Positions 43,501 to 46,021 of a DNA stretch of 64,000 nucleotides are shown here, piece after piece. The notes under the pieces were generated by a model, which was not told where the DNA came from, made no database searches, and was given only the letters and a program-made list of their open reading frames with translations. A program made the translations under genes and the position numbers. How positions within the stretch are numbered: position 1 is the stretch's first letter; every line of letters begins with the position of its first letter. Origin of the DNA: an uncultured bacterium (GTDB taxonomy: Bacteria > Bacillota > Clostridia > Christensenellales > UBA1242); contig CASXBC010000001.1 of the NCBI GenBank assembly GCA_949474265.1, positions 84,216-148,215 on the forward strand. The letters run 5' to 3'.

Positions 43501-44705
43501 CAAATATCTTCATTGCTGGAGATAGGAGTACAACAATCAAATTCTATTATGCTCTCAGACTTATTTCAGTTAAGATTAATGAGTTTGATGACACTATGAT
43601 TGACTCTATTAAGGGTGAAGGAAACTATGCTATGGGTGCAGAAGTTACAATTTCTGCAACTCCAAAGAAGGGTTATAAGTTTGTTTCTTGGGATATTATC
43701 AAAGGTGGAGATGTTGCAAACAAACTCACAATCTATGAAAGAGAATATACTTTTGTGATTGATGATGATGTTGACATCACGCTTAATGTTGAAGCTGATG
43801 TTTCAGATACAACTTACACAGTTGAGTATTATCTGGAAGTGCTTGGACAAACAGACTATCAAACTCCATTCTTATCAGAAGTTAAAGATGGCGTGACAGA
43901 AGCAGAAGTCAATATTGCTCACTTAATCAAAGATTTTGATGGCTATCAATATGACAGATTTACTTGCAACAATAGTGACAACATCATCTATGGTGACGGA
44001 ACAACTGTCGTAAAACTCTATTACTTACTTCGTGTAGTTGAATTTGAAGTGAGAAAAGAGGCAGGTATTGCGACTATCACAGTTGAAGCTGGAAACAATG
44101 AAACTCCTCTTGATGTTGTAAAAGTTGATATTGAAACAGGAGTTTACACTTACAGAACAAAGCACACAGGAAAAGTAAGCTTGTCTGTGACATTGGACAA
44201 AGGAAGCGATTTCCAGGGCTGGAGAAAGAATGGAAAACTCATTCAAGGCTCAAATGAGACTGTTGGCTACATGCTTGACATAACTTATGATACACAGTAC
44301 ATAACTGCAAGCTCAGCTACAAAACAAGTCATTATCATTTATGAGCCAAACAACGGCACTTCACAATCAAGAACTTATATTTACAACTATGGTGATATTG
44401 CACAGCTTATCAACAGTCCATTTACAAACACAAAGAAAGCTACTTTCTTGGGCTGGTCAACTTCCCCTGATGGAGATGTAGTTTACTTTGCTGGAGATAC
44501 TGTAAAAATTGATGAGTTCTTCTTGGAAGGCTCAAATGGTTCAGCAGTTACACTCTATGCAGTATGGAGAGTAAGTGGTGTTGTAAGCCGTTGGTGGATT
44601 TGGCTTCTGATTGCTATTCTAATCATTCTTATACTCATTTTGATAATCGTTTGGATTATTCATAAGAGAAGAAAACATAGGACTAGAATGATGGCTAAAC
44701 AATAA
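16530..44705 (+). CDS. giant modular cell-surface protein (about 9,391 aa): Listeria-Bacteroides/InlB B-repeat plus MucBP-like modules, C-terminal TM anchor
   Basis: Single open frame (ORF track 16476-44705). AAAGGAG at 16514-16520 favours the ATG at 16530 (MERMRRGMLYFILMGMFLLTAGV signal/anchor). Reiterated GY.F.GW ... LYA.W units. Y.IEYY...GDGS.V..YY.R units. C-terminal WWIWLLIAILIILILILIIVWII-HKRRKHRTR. All antisense ORFs are under 180 aa. Confidence 0.9.
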   Translation: MERMRRGMLYFILMGMFLLTAGVGTFKLAGNNVSPTSVVEEVDEVDQSVSAKAVTEVTFDENSSSLSYPSGTISVDTTYTYKNRAFTSAISMSGLTVNSGITMNIVFDGCYFTGTISFPSSGLTLSGNSTLNITFQDCYFGQYYGNALGYTKSGTGTMNVYWNNCIARLGGQHYGFLYSSNSGATHYFNNVLFLMYGSGSGGGIISSSETVYFNNTYAPTGFGNHAGVTYYTDGTEFADIRTFTSANSDKWSTNWDFENKWIYYNHSSTTFLYGLVPVTRAGAKHLGLTNNAITVALYANFDAMTKDNASGYIKYSQASSGGSVKLGAGNHFTRNGYTHKWAYSPDGQGADELTFTQNGSAYAIWNPETYRITYNADGGSIAASSNWSGSGSTAIRDYTIEQSVVLPSAGLTTKRGYTLSGWKPSSTVGNWNSSTTYAQGSTQTGKYGTVTLNAQWTPNVYQITLDANVGKLHMPDGGTNSNANPLVVYERFGDNWYTSGTSFTDSTKITSLSACPTFSGYDFKGYWTKPDGDVEGSVQVISDTGDFIAGKTTIFADDNTDDGSPRTAKLYAHWEGKEIKLTLNGNEANTACSHTEIFVKYWENALHASGSDSVSLTLPTKIGYIFGGWTKTLNGDDVVVDAGTSPTLVSGTSYTDMDETKLVWVNPTDVTLYAKWIPNIYKVTLDKNGGTGGSDQYWYKFNIEKFYSDEECTSQITSIEMPTRRGDTFEGYYTSPDPSASAQYVNHNGVWVNGGLYNTPSNSTLYAKWTPNIYEITLDSGLYNSETDENPASSATESGTGTMWVRYDDAWYSDALCGEAHKLTTLPIMPSKTGYTFNGYWTTKMTEGVLGAIQVVDATGKIIDGTTNIFHDGIEIGNRKLYAHWTVKTYDITFNYQTSDVNGEAPEIMFSGDVDTRKLEANKDKLTVGNTLTISNVAYGSTINVTVTIQGLDNEFGKRNFVINYGVGANSGAPTIDSEDHAEIEGTIEDFDQIYNFYVSEKFTLTFDKNGGAWQTAGADELDENGNIKKNFLYGQSVDLATIDKLTRDNYEFLNWKTDSGKVYEPASVYNQNGNENVSEILYAQWTGVLYTINLDSSNGENSVTSDLSQIIEKYGTGFFRTTDCSEDENPLILKPVSKGYVFQGYYIIETDGSERQIVNANGEIVVENIYFNKNNTDSDKSVTIYAKWEAGQYKVTFNTNGRGTFAADESGATGQPTKKLDVIFNAPISFNVETDKLQLTEVKGYQLDGWYTATTDGEKILNADGSSAGASRFIDADGNWIFAPDFTVENIDGTDVLVQNPIIFYAHWTPITYNFDINYKAFGGTDSATDLKVTVTGGATVSSETLKYEDGNGTVRVSAVYNDNLTKITITLESLAGKNYIISGSAISGIGELSNVCPFDWLPEASGSQDIYVLQLYTIAYDVNGGSGTVAETSKAYGIDAAVTANVPTRTGHSFVNWNTAQDGSGTTYDATIDAKKMYSVDADVTLYAQWQANSYSIKYDKNKPTDASSEVAGTMANSDHVYDVAKNLSTNGYSLTGWTFVGWNLQADGTGNGGIHFADGAEVLNLTTDSDGEVVLYAQWTRNKYNVVYDKNAPTNASGTVEGTMNPTNFEYDIEKALSKNAYMLRGWAFNGWKTENGVSFSDEQLVKNLSETNNAVVTLYAQWVAEKITVTFDVDAENTGATVDPETKEYNYDDEYGELPTPTRVGYEFVGWYTARDAGEQISEKSAVVGEKDSATGNYVVTIYAHWKAKVYTVTFDANGGSATNSVYVRYDDSKIYSTYTNGQVSGEVSVLAITSTREGYDFDGWTETQNGGDVVITKDAGLRGVGNNYVQTVNSLAVWKHDADVTLFAKWIVHVLAITANLHDGNGFVVDETTAAGWTIQSSNTTATKEVNYGETYGALPVVYRNGYTFLGWSKSEDSTTVDVLPTTIMGNLDQVIYPVWEAETYTVKYFDTDGVTEIAGLSPTTYQIITATALPITTKDGYKFVGWKPFVSAGAWDTNKVYTNSDTFVGMYGSISLCAQWTPEVYEVTLAHNGGSYNGSTANFNFYYKYQQSELGYFTTADCNVAFDATALKATRTGYLFEGYFDGSTSFIDADGNITSHFYDFLNGKTVTAKWQAKTYNISLNANTGISDTSTTTSVVATYDSNELIPNVIVPPTKVGYIFGGWTKTLNGDDFVISSDGNLIGTTDYVATVNGNVVWHNDSETTVVLFAKWTAAQTTIMLDSNGATTAGTTSVVATYDSATLSSEITNPQRTGYTFDGWTIQNGTAAVIGVNGKLVAGITGYTSSNGEWIFDNELNKTNSITLYAKWIANRYKISFMNGDQAVLTGSSDTVYAEYDSNQLFKNEIGTEKANPPTISAAGYTFAGWYTENQNFDNQVIDENGALCVSTITGILENGLWKSASEQTFYAKLGATPYTLTYEANGGTWKTTESGDPVSSTQAYDITETFNLYGYNQVSRDGYTLAWRVKSYSGDSSSLWRNATGTFPVGQQISGQYGNVVLEAVWTAKTTAITLVLNNAGGDGQLTNSHSATYGQVVSDISGDATNRPEGITTVAWKKGYTFQGYYTADKDGVRVFDANGKILSNVDKFTDAEKKWIYIESSGVSEASDVLNLYAQFTPNVYSFNLAIGAGVDYVLINGACDASGTALSSNYKVSNTSTIYAQYGANIVLQAFAKNGYAIRNFTMGLSEATSAVGEIKNTTEGSFAEYSFVFQDGESIDISKNAAGEPATYIAANAESTNVKYEVYYKLQNSASGYANELLVGQFVTMAGSSLSIETVKALVSDNLIVGYYYSGNDFTTTNKPVAGNGGEKDNATSFIVQGDGSLKIYLYYDATKYEIVYNTNGGSIGDGAKVEYYYYEQFTLPGLANEEGNITCTMQKAGYAFAGWKVFENVGNWSTTEYFDVDNAFVSNKYGRVTLVAQWVDNTYDLEFGNVYNSFEVKILTSEGVVKETVIVTSANNIIKDINFTDIILTSTKPLAHKVDGTALASSVTTANNPTRAGYVWGIENSEGVINLFSIGTTYENGFSYNGTWYDSTLAGATGCHAFSGLEATAGATAKLNLLWSAQEYTVTLNANAEDGVVSPTEVTVKYDEAYGELPIATRPGYTFDGWYKEVGLSNKVEATTIVSTASDHTLFAKWKENQYTIVLNGNGGAVDTVDGFVDLSGIKGADNTWRLTATYSREGTFNATLNRKGFTLKGWALSDGTSTTGITAQGTISGSNGSFTVTGTKVLNLTTQANAEVYLYAQWEADYVEITLNAGNGTVSPTLLYAKFGAKYSEVSTEKGGVGLGDLPIASRNGYGFDGWFTTLTAGNQITKDSVVETDSYDTATNTYKVTLYAHWSANKYNATLEKQGGNGGTSDIWYLFDTEKYYSDEGCTTLLANETLAIPNRDGYSFGGYYTASNGAGIQYVNNSGKIVNSLYSVVYSNTTLYAKWVANSYMLTYEVNDGDELSSISKVYGTSFSATELPTPTKTGYDFVGWYSDAALTNSVTAGMLFNVGNANFADVGTADTTATIYAKWTPSPNTPYTIYYYGQKLGVFDEELNETNCSLIESVNGKGVTGDSVTAPVKAYTGFVSPEEQTKVITADGKMAIYYYYARDTRNLNLVKGKGIAEVSASGIGVSSDGTKVQYGATVTLSAIASAGYSFSGWTVTNNTVTITNNSYLHEVLVDVEITANATAVLTDYTIEIYQMNLSGGYETAPTKTVVKSATTDTDVSVDAATYRDTGFAFDEENTNNILSNKINGSGNTVFKIYYKRNQYKFDLAGCFNGLNAENINPNNVDITVNGQMTAAQNDIYIDVYYGSTIVITNLDLHSAYKYTGYAVTDAEFVSAEAFSDITFVVSAKNVLARLYFESKAAFEISYDVADGTNQTSNPTSYKASPNEQTIVLADPTRAGYEFVSWDETITWLGDDHGEVLPTVEGTALTIPANAYGSIKLKAVWKALTYNITYVLDGGTLESGAISTYTIESTDKLPAVTKEGYSFKNWKATTVSGNWQINDVVNAGDAITGKYGDVTLTATWQTDAVEVIFNANKGAGSTAITMNINLDVTTGQAKAYIAYMDTNFYTGWSGNTRPNHTTGTVVKPVASRNGYVFNGWYTEANGGVQVLTDAGVLNPNVAGLTDANGNWISTAMTGTQLYAQWTKLSNIEVTFDLNLTSSEGEDTSLTPSSKTVTFDETYGALAIATRTGYTFGGWFKDKSCAASTEVTADTLVSNHQNHTLYAKWTINQYTLTINLDGGLYGDEETVEPITQNYKSTYNLKNPTKTGYGFDGWVLEGAGSVNAETGVFTFGAGNATLTATWTSKTYTITLSQEGEGVTAGTSSVTAIFNSNVISESITNPTRTGYTFEGWTATDGGTDFIITIAGKYAADAVEGFIKDGKWVGTENKTIYAKWTANSYTISYVAGDETLYGTATGTTAETDAIYDRDVKLATNGFSLKGYTFAGWKDENGNVYEAGTTLTKPNFSSAVNGKAVLMATWTANKYNISVSGANDEAETIEVEYGRAYSDSELSFITDVEKYNKIGYNLTGFAEVDGVFVIDSEGLLIKNLSTATGVLITDGNIWAYANNLSLEAKYSAKEYTLHFNIADTRPDEQESSAPSVDGEASKKIYYDQTLGQDGVWKSATASGYYFNGWSFRNDVRPVPYSQLTDEAKAIVDANKDLYVFTRGEVTDEDDYTIDYVYVLTQFNSDKNIAEPLLGQPLKISEVEFATSTTMVNDKASFWASLNANGEVTIYATWIGRTDIKYEIYFMQEEILYDDAATNFDELEKDSYNQAILTKGQKVNYDLKTYKVVSSVEKNDALISDDVEHYIVDKYGFEGFSFYKYEYIGKIIQAEGEGVKTKIYGFYDRQSFNLTLSKTKGVTSIKAEGDGVSPKADARNDEISYTVKFGATVSLVTTLKVGYTFDKWETVAGFTGVETKNDAVEGLTRTDNFTMPATTLGVNIKAVATANKDTKFTVEYYTENIDDSDFSKFGESVEMAGETDTEIDLSSIKLTNDEGFTYSYYTVKSSAIDPETRDGSLNIEGDGSLVIKIYYTRNSYTLTINYVKAGNKVVRPAVTSVLKYGKTYSVDSPVVTGFEIEAGKEVVSGTMTASDTTINVLYTANNYTITYVTEGGEFIGTANVDYTVNFTIEDQIKLASLTKTGWSFTGWTVTAIDTDAYVDVSGEAGKFVLGHVYKESAIDAGMFGNVTLTANWTERGDIAYKINFFLMDVKGSYTDVEAIVVSRDDGMTGKPLSIEVGDDNTVLTVNGKDYSYDGFKVNETLSNLNVVVNGDGTTEFNVYFDRNQYSLEIEKQLGIKSVKVKVGDNAEVEYSGKLDIYYGENIKISVTMENGSSWEGYDVEGTTPTGLLTTNDLANLVQEVSMGLGNAKLIAKASTNSYTLTIDANGGLYQDNETLEVRQTYQSSYVFDTPTRIGYTFDGWTLESGAYGKITESTASDGQTIYTYTFGAGDDTVTAKWKVNRYEVVLNFNDKNFSNGSTFATIDKIKTNSNEVLSIVGGKLALFAVYGESYAKLYTTIDGDDFVSFEEFDVKENAEEIKVERTGYVLSGWTTALENGTKVSVDTVCQVVNTTEVFATWNTKKFTLTISKPLDKLIVDVANATKLSDNEYEVLFDSTVTLTATTETGYHFASYSIGEDELSDQANFSYTYTNAENVTIVATAEANTYTIVYNANGGSGAVENTVATFDGETTLSSGAGFDKNGYTISGWLYEATGNTYALSSKTTDNFTSENGSTVTLLAVWTANTYKVVFDTNGGSDVGEVTATYDVAVAITQETTKQGWDFLGWSKVNGKTLADVTEITEENIEDMTDYLLENKMAGGLYLYKGTFYFFNLKSGNNEEITLFAIWDEGDANYEIEYYLENFDGSFVLDKDTTEFGDDFVSHSETVASKTNATATIDTSVTYKGFTLDLSAPNTLTEGLVLADGSLKLKLFYRRNVYTVDFKHQDLGVESATATTTTENGAGANSNTFKYNSNVTITVKESKGYRFEEIIFGDTHLTETTYSFVITDNMQFEVKVTALPFDYLVSFEFETLEGGAFEKGEIEDVTLSADVDTVITYDMIAEAVETAQASIVGFTYKNFDEDKRVLPVVDETDEAQVVVVRFSRNAYDLTLSRVLGVKTLTATENGEVVKKTNEDLENKSTTYSVKYQAEVVLNLEVEQGYSFKSWSDEIVKGTADKLEGVVSGFKIEQMPAENKTIFAELSTLSVEFTIVKKLQNFAGDGWIDDPTLNETKEAPTGSELESLDSFNLKDVEGFTRSTFEQSEPIKGDGSSKVVVYYLRNSINVTIALSEGVASVQVVVSEEDGKYSFTKEFTNATEDKSFTIKYGATATISATATNAGYTLTGFNGGVSQDPDDKHYYFVAGAEDINIVATAENNKYNIVYNANGGMLAGSSEDTFKQENVIYNKTTTLLENRFTKAGYGFESWNTAADGSGTTYERLASFTYEEIGDLTLYAQWAPIKYNVVYSPNGGEGNMDGHNDVVYDQEITLKENNFTRTGFTFAGWSYTDSEGEKVIKNAGDKVKNLTSNSSETVIINAEWNENSYNVAYNSNYTSIDSASTDVSKTVETVRYTEEFGLRNVTDSALNFAILGYEFVGWTLDKSDVSNPQKAGTLVSKLATGTTDDNLVTYYAIWKPVHYFIAFDANGGHGDMTQIDATYGEEVSLPANTFTKTGYDFAGWALSSTGEVVYADQASDVKNLATTTDAVATLYAKWTATPYTITVNANKGTFNGLELADDKYVYTYTIEDNITLLDETNLTRRGYSLLGFTYSQTEGNWADRFVGSIVFDDLDENSLAAGLYGDVQLTASWSVNQYKLTINYVYLNGTPSDASDIPSYSTYVDFEGEYSVTTQEIAGYTPDKLVVSGTMGAEDIVETVTFSPNSYTIEFNLNNGVGSSQASFKYNDKDITSFTVVFDDIYANAKLDGVDEKVWNIVPTRPGYRFDGWFSSSALDKEVLASDVVKILATTTLFAKWTAVETTYYVDFKFETLDGSDFEIIETLQTSLTGRGISDTMVTEAMVKALLPNGEYPSFAGYNFKNVVLGNINANGDSRIVVNYERKYFRLSVTKGVGVDRVNVSCNETLAPEQDADFYFSKLEDNLYQVRFGATITLEAVIDNNGYAFDSFVATGATLETTDNTASFDFGTTDVSVSANGVPKHYTITFNGNGGQILSGDTTYIQQDAEGENNVVYMKDVNLVANRFTRTGYNFAGWAISQANANAKVVDYADLDTYKMTEYSENVDLFAVWTPIPYRIILEGSNGVDTSKATIVVGDTVMTYVDGVTVDFDSVVKIYYTYTNDEGQTNSVVAGGYDFANFEVDGTVVESEKAYYEFTLKGETVIKLNATARTDTKFVVKYTLQNLDDEDYTEVVADRQTLEGETDRIVDYNYLKNVLNVVNSYEGYAYSSVVDAISGGTPIIRYHNDDKNYSEVEIRYVRLNYDLTLNSSVGVQEFFAQGGTSGNLFEVNGIYKVTYGTPADIILNMYPGYSFDGLTVVVSMMEGSVALTNDGKTSWQLTEKADGFYFGEKLVVKLTRDGSASGAMLTIGDFKLESMPAYAVEITTSSHANDYEVTYHRNLNDEDVESNTDNWTFGQPYDIKNIKTLGWSKAGYEFVGWATSKENADKKTPTYTFADDNDLSFDAYDTVGDLELWAVWAAIDVDYTIEYYFEKVDGTYELKEEHTAHLKGKTDSTANHVLLNDSAIAGFEFDEENANNLLSGTIKADGSLTLKVYYSRLWYEFMLGYDGGFETVSITVDENNIKNLKNDTEKYLITASIKYGATVSITKQVKEGYEYVGMTTVPAGLTVTNDSFEMPISNVSISMTTKPMEFTLTFKTEFGGYTDSEGVLQTTHEQKFTYLTKQKLWKNQFERSGFVFLGWSYENADNIDYVDEAEFEYNIARDIEFVAVWEANRDTPFTVNYYLQKIDGTTSLYQSMKLQGVTGEPVSIRYVEEGFKQLNVEHKGYKFVGLRETDTIVSGDGSTVVSAEYALANFNASFDFADSLAVAGIAKVEFTYGSTSGEVTKTVVSGSSETVQYNAPLTINISFNDGYKLKSLTATGKTFSNVVRYPDADGNIKFNMPAEDIEITIEVETEEYQIKFFKNFKNDLSYTTQDVRYLEDNVKLSGNYIEVGYQLLGWATTTNGAVSYAIGETIAKYNETQGLELYAVWQANSYTIAFSNNGGSETIANITTAFDTVTMLPNETTFRKTGYQFVGWSTNPNTSEVINVNSDLDISARGIYFSRANNRYYVLNLANGTEDDNYVTLYAIWSAIKYNVTLSFSETSTTEKELGEFTYDQDYTVQPFTTLGWANQGYTFQGWYYYADGGVKQEIRCGETETCTVRNLSATKEKDVRLYAIWGLGEAEFTIRILLETMNGNYGEASGQYIDITGNKIRTETLLTSEYVYNQYLMNSAAGTIEGFEYFKTYQDSQTVLGDGTTVIKVQYARRYFSLIVNLDSSVSKVEIATEYNTHILDSKLSSATRTVWSVLFGDKVTLTLTENQGYKDALIELVADESVQGVNLNGKTFYMKGSDGNKDLGGNITINALAVPRDDTEYSINIFKQTLNLDYANLASHVIKGTGRTGSAINSDTVKVLVEGNSSIDFTGFTFASITLVDEVIKGDGSSVVNVFYTRERFEVSASTTNTKAINLLFETAQYLYQESALIRFRLNKGYSLDETTGIAFYDNLGNAVLDADYTVVKAETSTGVWDYTINLKTPAKNVRVAIVPTVNTNTEYTIEYKFQSLNLGNEYESLPAYPAIKKTGRTEQLITNADIDLEALQVEGFTADRTSLGEEGVEIAGDGSTVITIYFNRIKKNVNVIFVDENNGYVADSFTILAQNKVPEVVSTMIWSVGFGQTLTTSFNISEGFTFKGYQVNGKAQTINVTGRTMTYVVGSADDINDEEINITITIEAKTDIVYTLIYYAQSYVGGQYTYGDPVLTVTRRGTANAYLSKEYIQENFIDGLPSLPNYREENFKGVVFGFYTATMYGNQVDNSNIFIAGDRSTTIKFYYALRLISVKINEFDDTMIDSIKGEGNYAMGAEVTISATPKKGYKFVSWDIIKGGDVANKLTIYEREYTFVIDDDVDITLNVEADVSDTTYTVEYYLEVLGQTDYQTPFLSEVKDGVTEAEVNIAHLIKDFDGYQYDRFTCNNSDNIIYGDGTTVVKLYYLLRVVEFEVRKEAGIATITVEAGNNETPLDVVKVDIETGVYTYRTKHTGKVSLSVTLDKGSDFQGWRKNGKLIQGSNETVGYMLDITYDTQYITASSATKQVIIIYEPNNGTSQSRTYIYNYGDIAQLINSPFTNTKKATFLGWSTSPDGDVVYFAGDTVKIDEFFLEGSNGSAVTLYAVWRVSGVVSRWWIWLLIAILIILILILIIVWIIHKRRKHRTRMMAKQ
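17631..24400 (+). repeat. near-pure array of Listeria-Bacteroides (Flg_new-like) protein repeats inside the giant CDS
   Basis: About 22 consecutive units by hand count, each ending in (L/V)(Y/F)A.W followed by ..Y.(I/V)T(L/F)..NGG. The units are degenerate at DNA level (for example 18400 vs 23020 share only about 50 nt of similarity, by eye). Confidence 0.75.
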
Positions 44706-44713
44706 AAGAAAAT

Positions 44714-44750
44714 ATGGACAGAGATATTTTGTTTCTGTCCATTTTCTTTT
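44714..44750 (+). terminator. rho-independent terminator of the giant gene
   Basis: ATGGACAGA (44714-44722) / TCTGTCCAT (44734-44742) followed by TTTCTTTT, 9 nt after the TAA stop. Confidence 0.75.
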
Positions 44751-44814
44751 TAAAATTTTGTTAATTGCTTTGATTTTTGGTGAAAATATTATAAACTATT
44801 TGCAGGAGGAATTT

Positions 44815-45945
44815 ATGAATAAAATCAATGTAGTTCAGTATGGCTGCGGAAAAATGTCAAAGTACACCATGCGTTATGTTTTTGAGAAAGGGGCAAAGAT
44901 TGTTGGTGCTTTTGATATTAATGAAAAAATAATTGGAAAGGATATTGGCGAAATAATTGAGAATGGCAAAACCTACAAAGTGAAAATCCAAAATGCAAAG
45001 GATTTTGAAAAGTTTTTGACTTCTCATGATGTTGATGTTGTGCTTGTGACAACTATGAGTTTGCTTTCAGATTGTGAAGATGCACTTCTCACTTGTGCAA
45101 AGTGCGGAGTTAATGCTATCACCACTTGTGAAGAAGCATTCTTCCCACAAAACAGCAATCCAAAGTTGTTTGAAAAAATCAACAAGCTTGCCATTGAAAA
45201 TGAGTGTACAATTTGTGGAAGTGGATATCAGGATGTTTTCTGGGGAAATCTTATCAGTGTGCTTGCTGGTGCAACACACAAAATTGTAAAAATCAAAGGC
45301 AAGAGCAGTTATAATGTTGAGGACTATGGCATTGCACTTGCAGAAGCTCATGGTGCTGGACTTTCTGTTGAAGATTTTGAAGAGCAGATTGCTTCTGCTG
45401 ACAACATCTCTGAAGCAGATAGAAAGAAAATTATCAAAGCTGGCAATTTTGCACCAAGCTATATGTGGAATGTAAATGGCTGGCTTGCTAGCAAACTCGG
45501 ACTTACTGTTACTCATCAGACACAAAAATGTGTGCCACAAATTGCAAAGAAAGCAATCAAAAGCACAACTCTCGGCATGACTATTCCAAAAGGAGCATGC
45601 ACAGGTATGAGTGCTGTGGTAACAACAGAGACAAAAGAGGGTATTGTTATTGAATCAGAGTGCATTGGAAAGGTTTATGACAGCACAGAGTTTGACTGCA
45701 ACGATTGGACTGTTGAAGGCGAACCAAATACAAGAGTTGTTATTGAAAGACCGGCAACAGTTGAACTTACTTGTGCAAGCGTTGTAAACAGAATCCCTGA
45801 TGTTTTGATGGCACCTGCTGGTTATTTTACAACCGAATATATGCCAGAAAACTTCTATAAAACTCAAAATCTTGACAAGTATGTGCTTGAATATGCTGAT
45901 GATTGCTGCTGTGGTGGCGATTGTGAATGTCATCATCATGAATAG
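44815..45945 (+). CDS. NAD(P)-binding oxidoreductase, DapB-N / amine-dehydrogenase-like, with a Cys/His-rich tail
   Basis: AGGAGG RBS then ATG at 44815. N-terminal Rossmann start INVVQYGCGKMSK. Overall resemblance to the dihydrodipicolinate-reductase-like amine dehydrogenase family is from memory. Ends in DDCCCGGDCECHHHE. Confidence 0.5.
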   Translation: MNKINVVQYGCGKMSKYTMRYVFEKGAKIVGAFDINEKIIGKDIGEIIENGKTYKVKIQNAKDFEKFLTSHDVDVVLVTTMSLLSDCEDALLTCAKCGVNAITTCEEAFFPQNSNPKLFEKINKLAIENECTICGSGYQDVFWGNLISVLAGATHKIVKIKGKSSYNVEDYGIALAEAHGAGLSVEDFEEQIASADNISEADRKKIIKAGNFAPSYMWNVNGWLASKLGLTVTHQTQKCVPQIAKKAIKSTTLGMTIPKGACTGMSAVVTTETKEGIVIESECIGKVYDSTEFDCNDWTVEGEPNTRVVIERPATVELTCASVVNRIPDVLMAPAGYFTTEYMPENFYKTQNLDKYVLEYADDCCCGGDCECHHHE

Positions 45946-45969
45946 AAGTTAAAATTAAATCAAAAAGAA

Positions 45970-46006
45970 AAATTGTTCGGCTAAAAGAAAACCGAACAAT
46001 TTTGTT
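45970..46006 (+). terminator. rho-independent terminator
   Basis: AAATTGTTCGG / CCGAACAATTT, an 11-bp stem. Confidence 0.7.
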
Positions 46007-46021
46007 GAATAGGAGAAACTT

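Noticed and set aside
16379-44246. Dozens of 60-177-aa antisense or out-of-frame ORFs inside the giant gene (for example 27447-27980, 41370-41849, 22281-22700) and the two minus-strand ORFs over its start (16379-16684)
   Set aside because: They are Cys/Ile/Asn/Phe-rich nonsense composition typical of antisense AT-rich coding DNA. They lack RBSs and are all embedded in a far longer coherent frame.
17631-44560. Possibility that the repetitive region is a CRISPR array, satellite or other DNA-level tandem repeat
   Set aside because: Repeats are conserved at protein-motif level only. Units differ in length and DNA sequence, there is no spacer/repeat regularity, and the frame is continuously open.
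16530-44705. Diversity-generating retroelement or phase-variable invertible promoter controlling the giant adhesin
   Set aside because: No reverse transcriptase, template repeat, recombinase or flanking inverted repeats bracketing the promoter were seen in the window.
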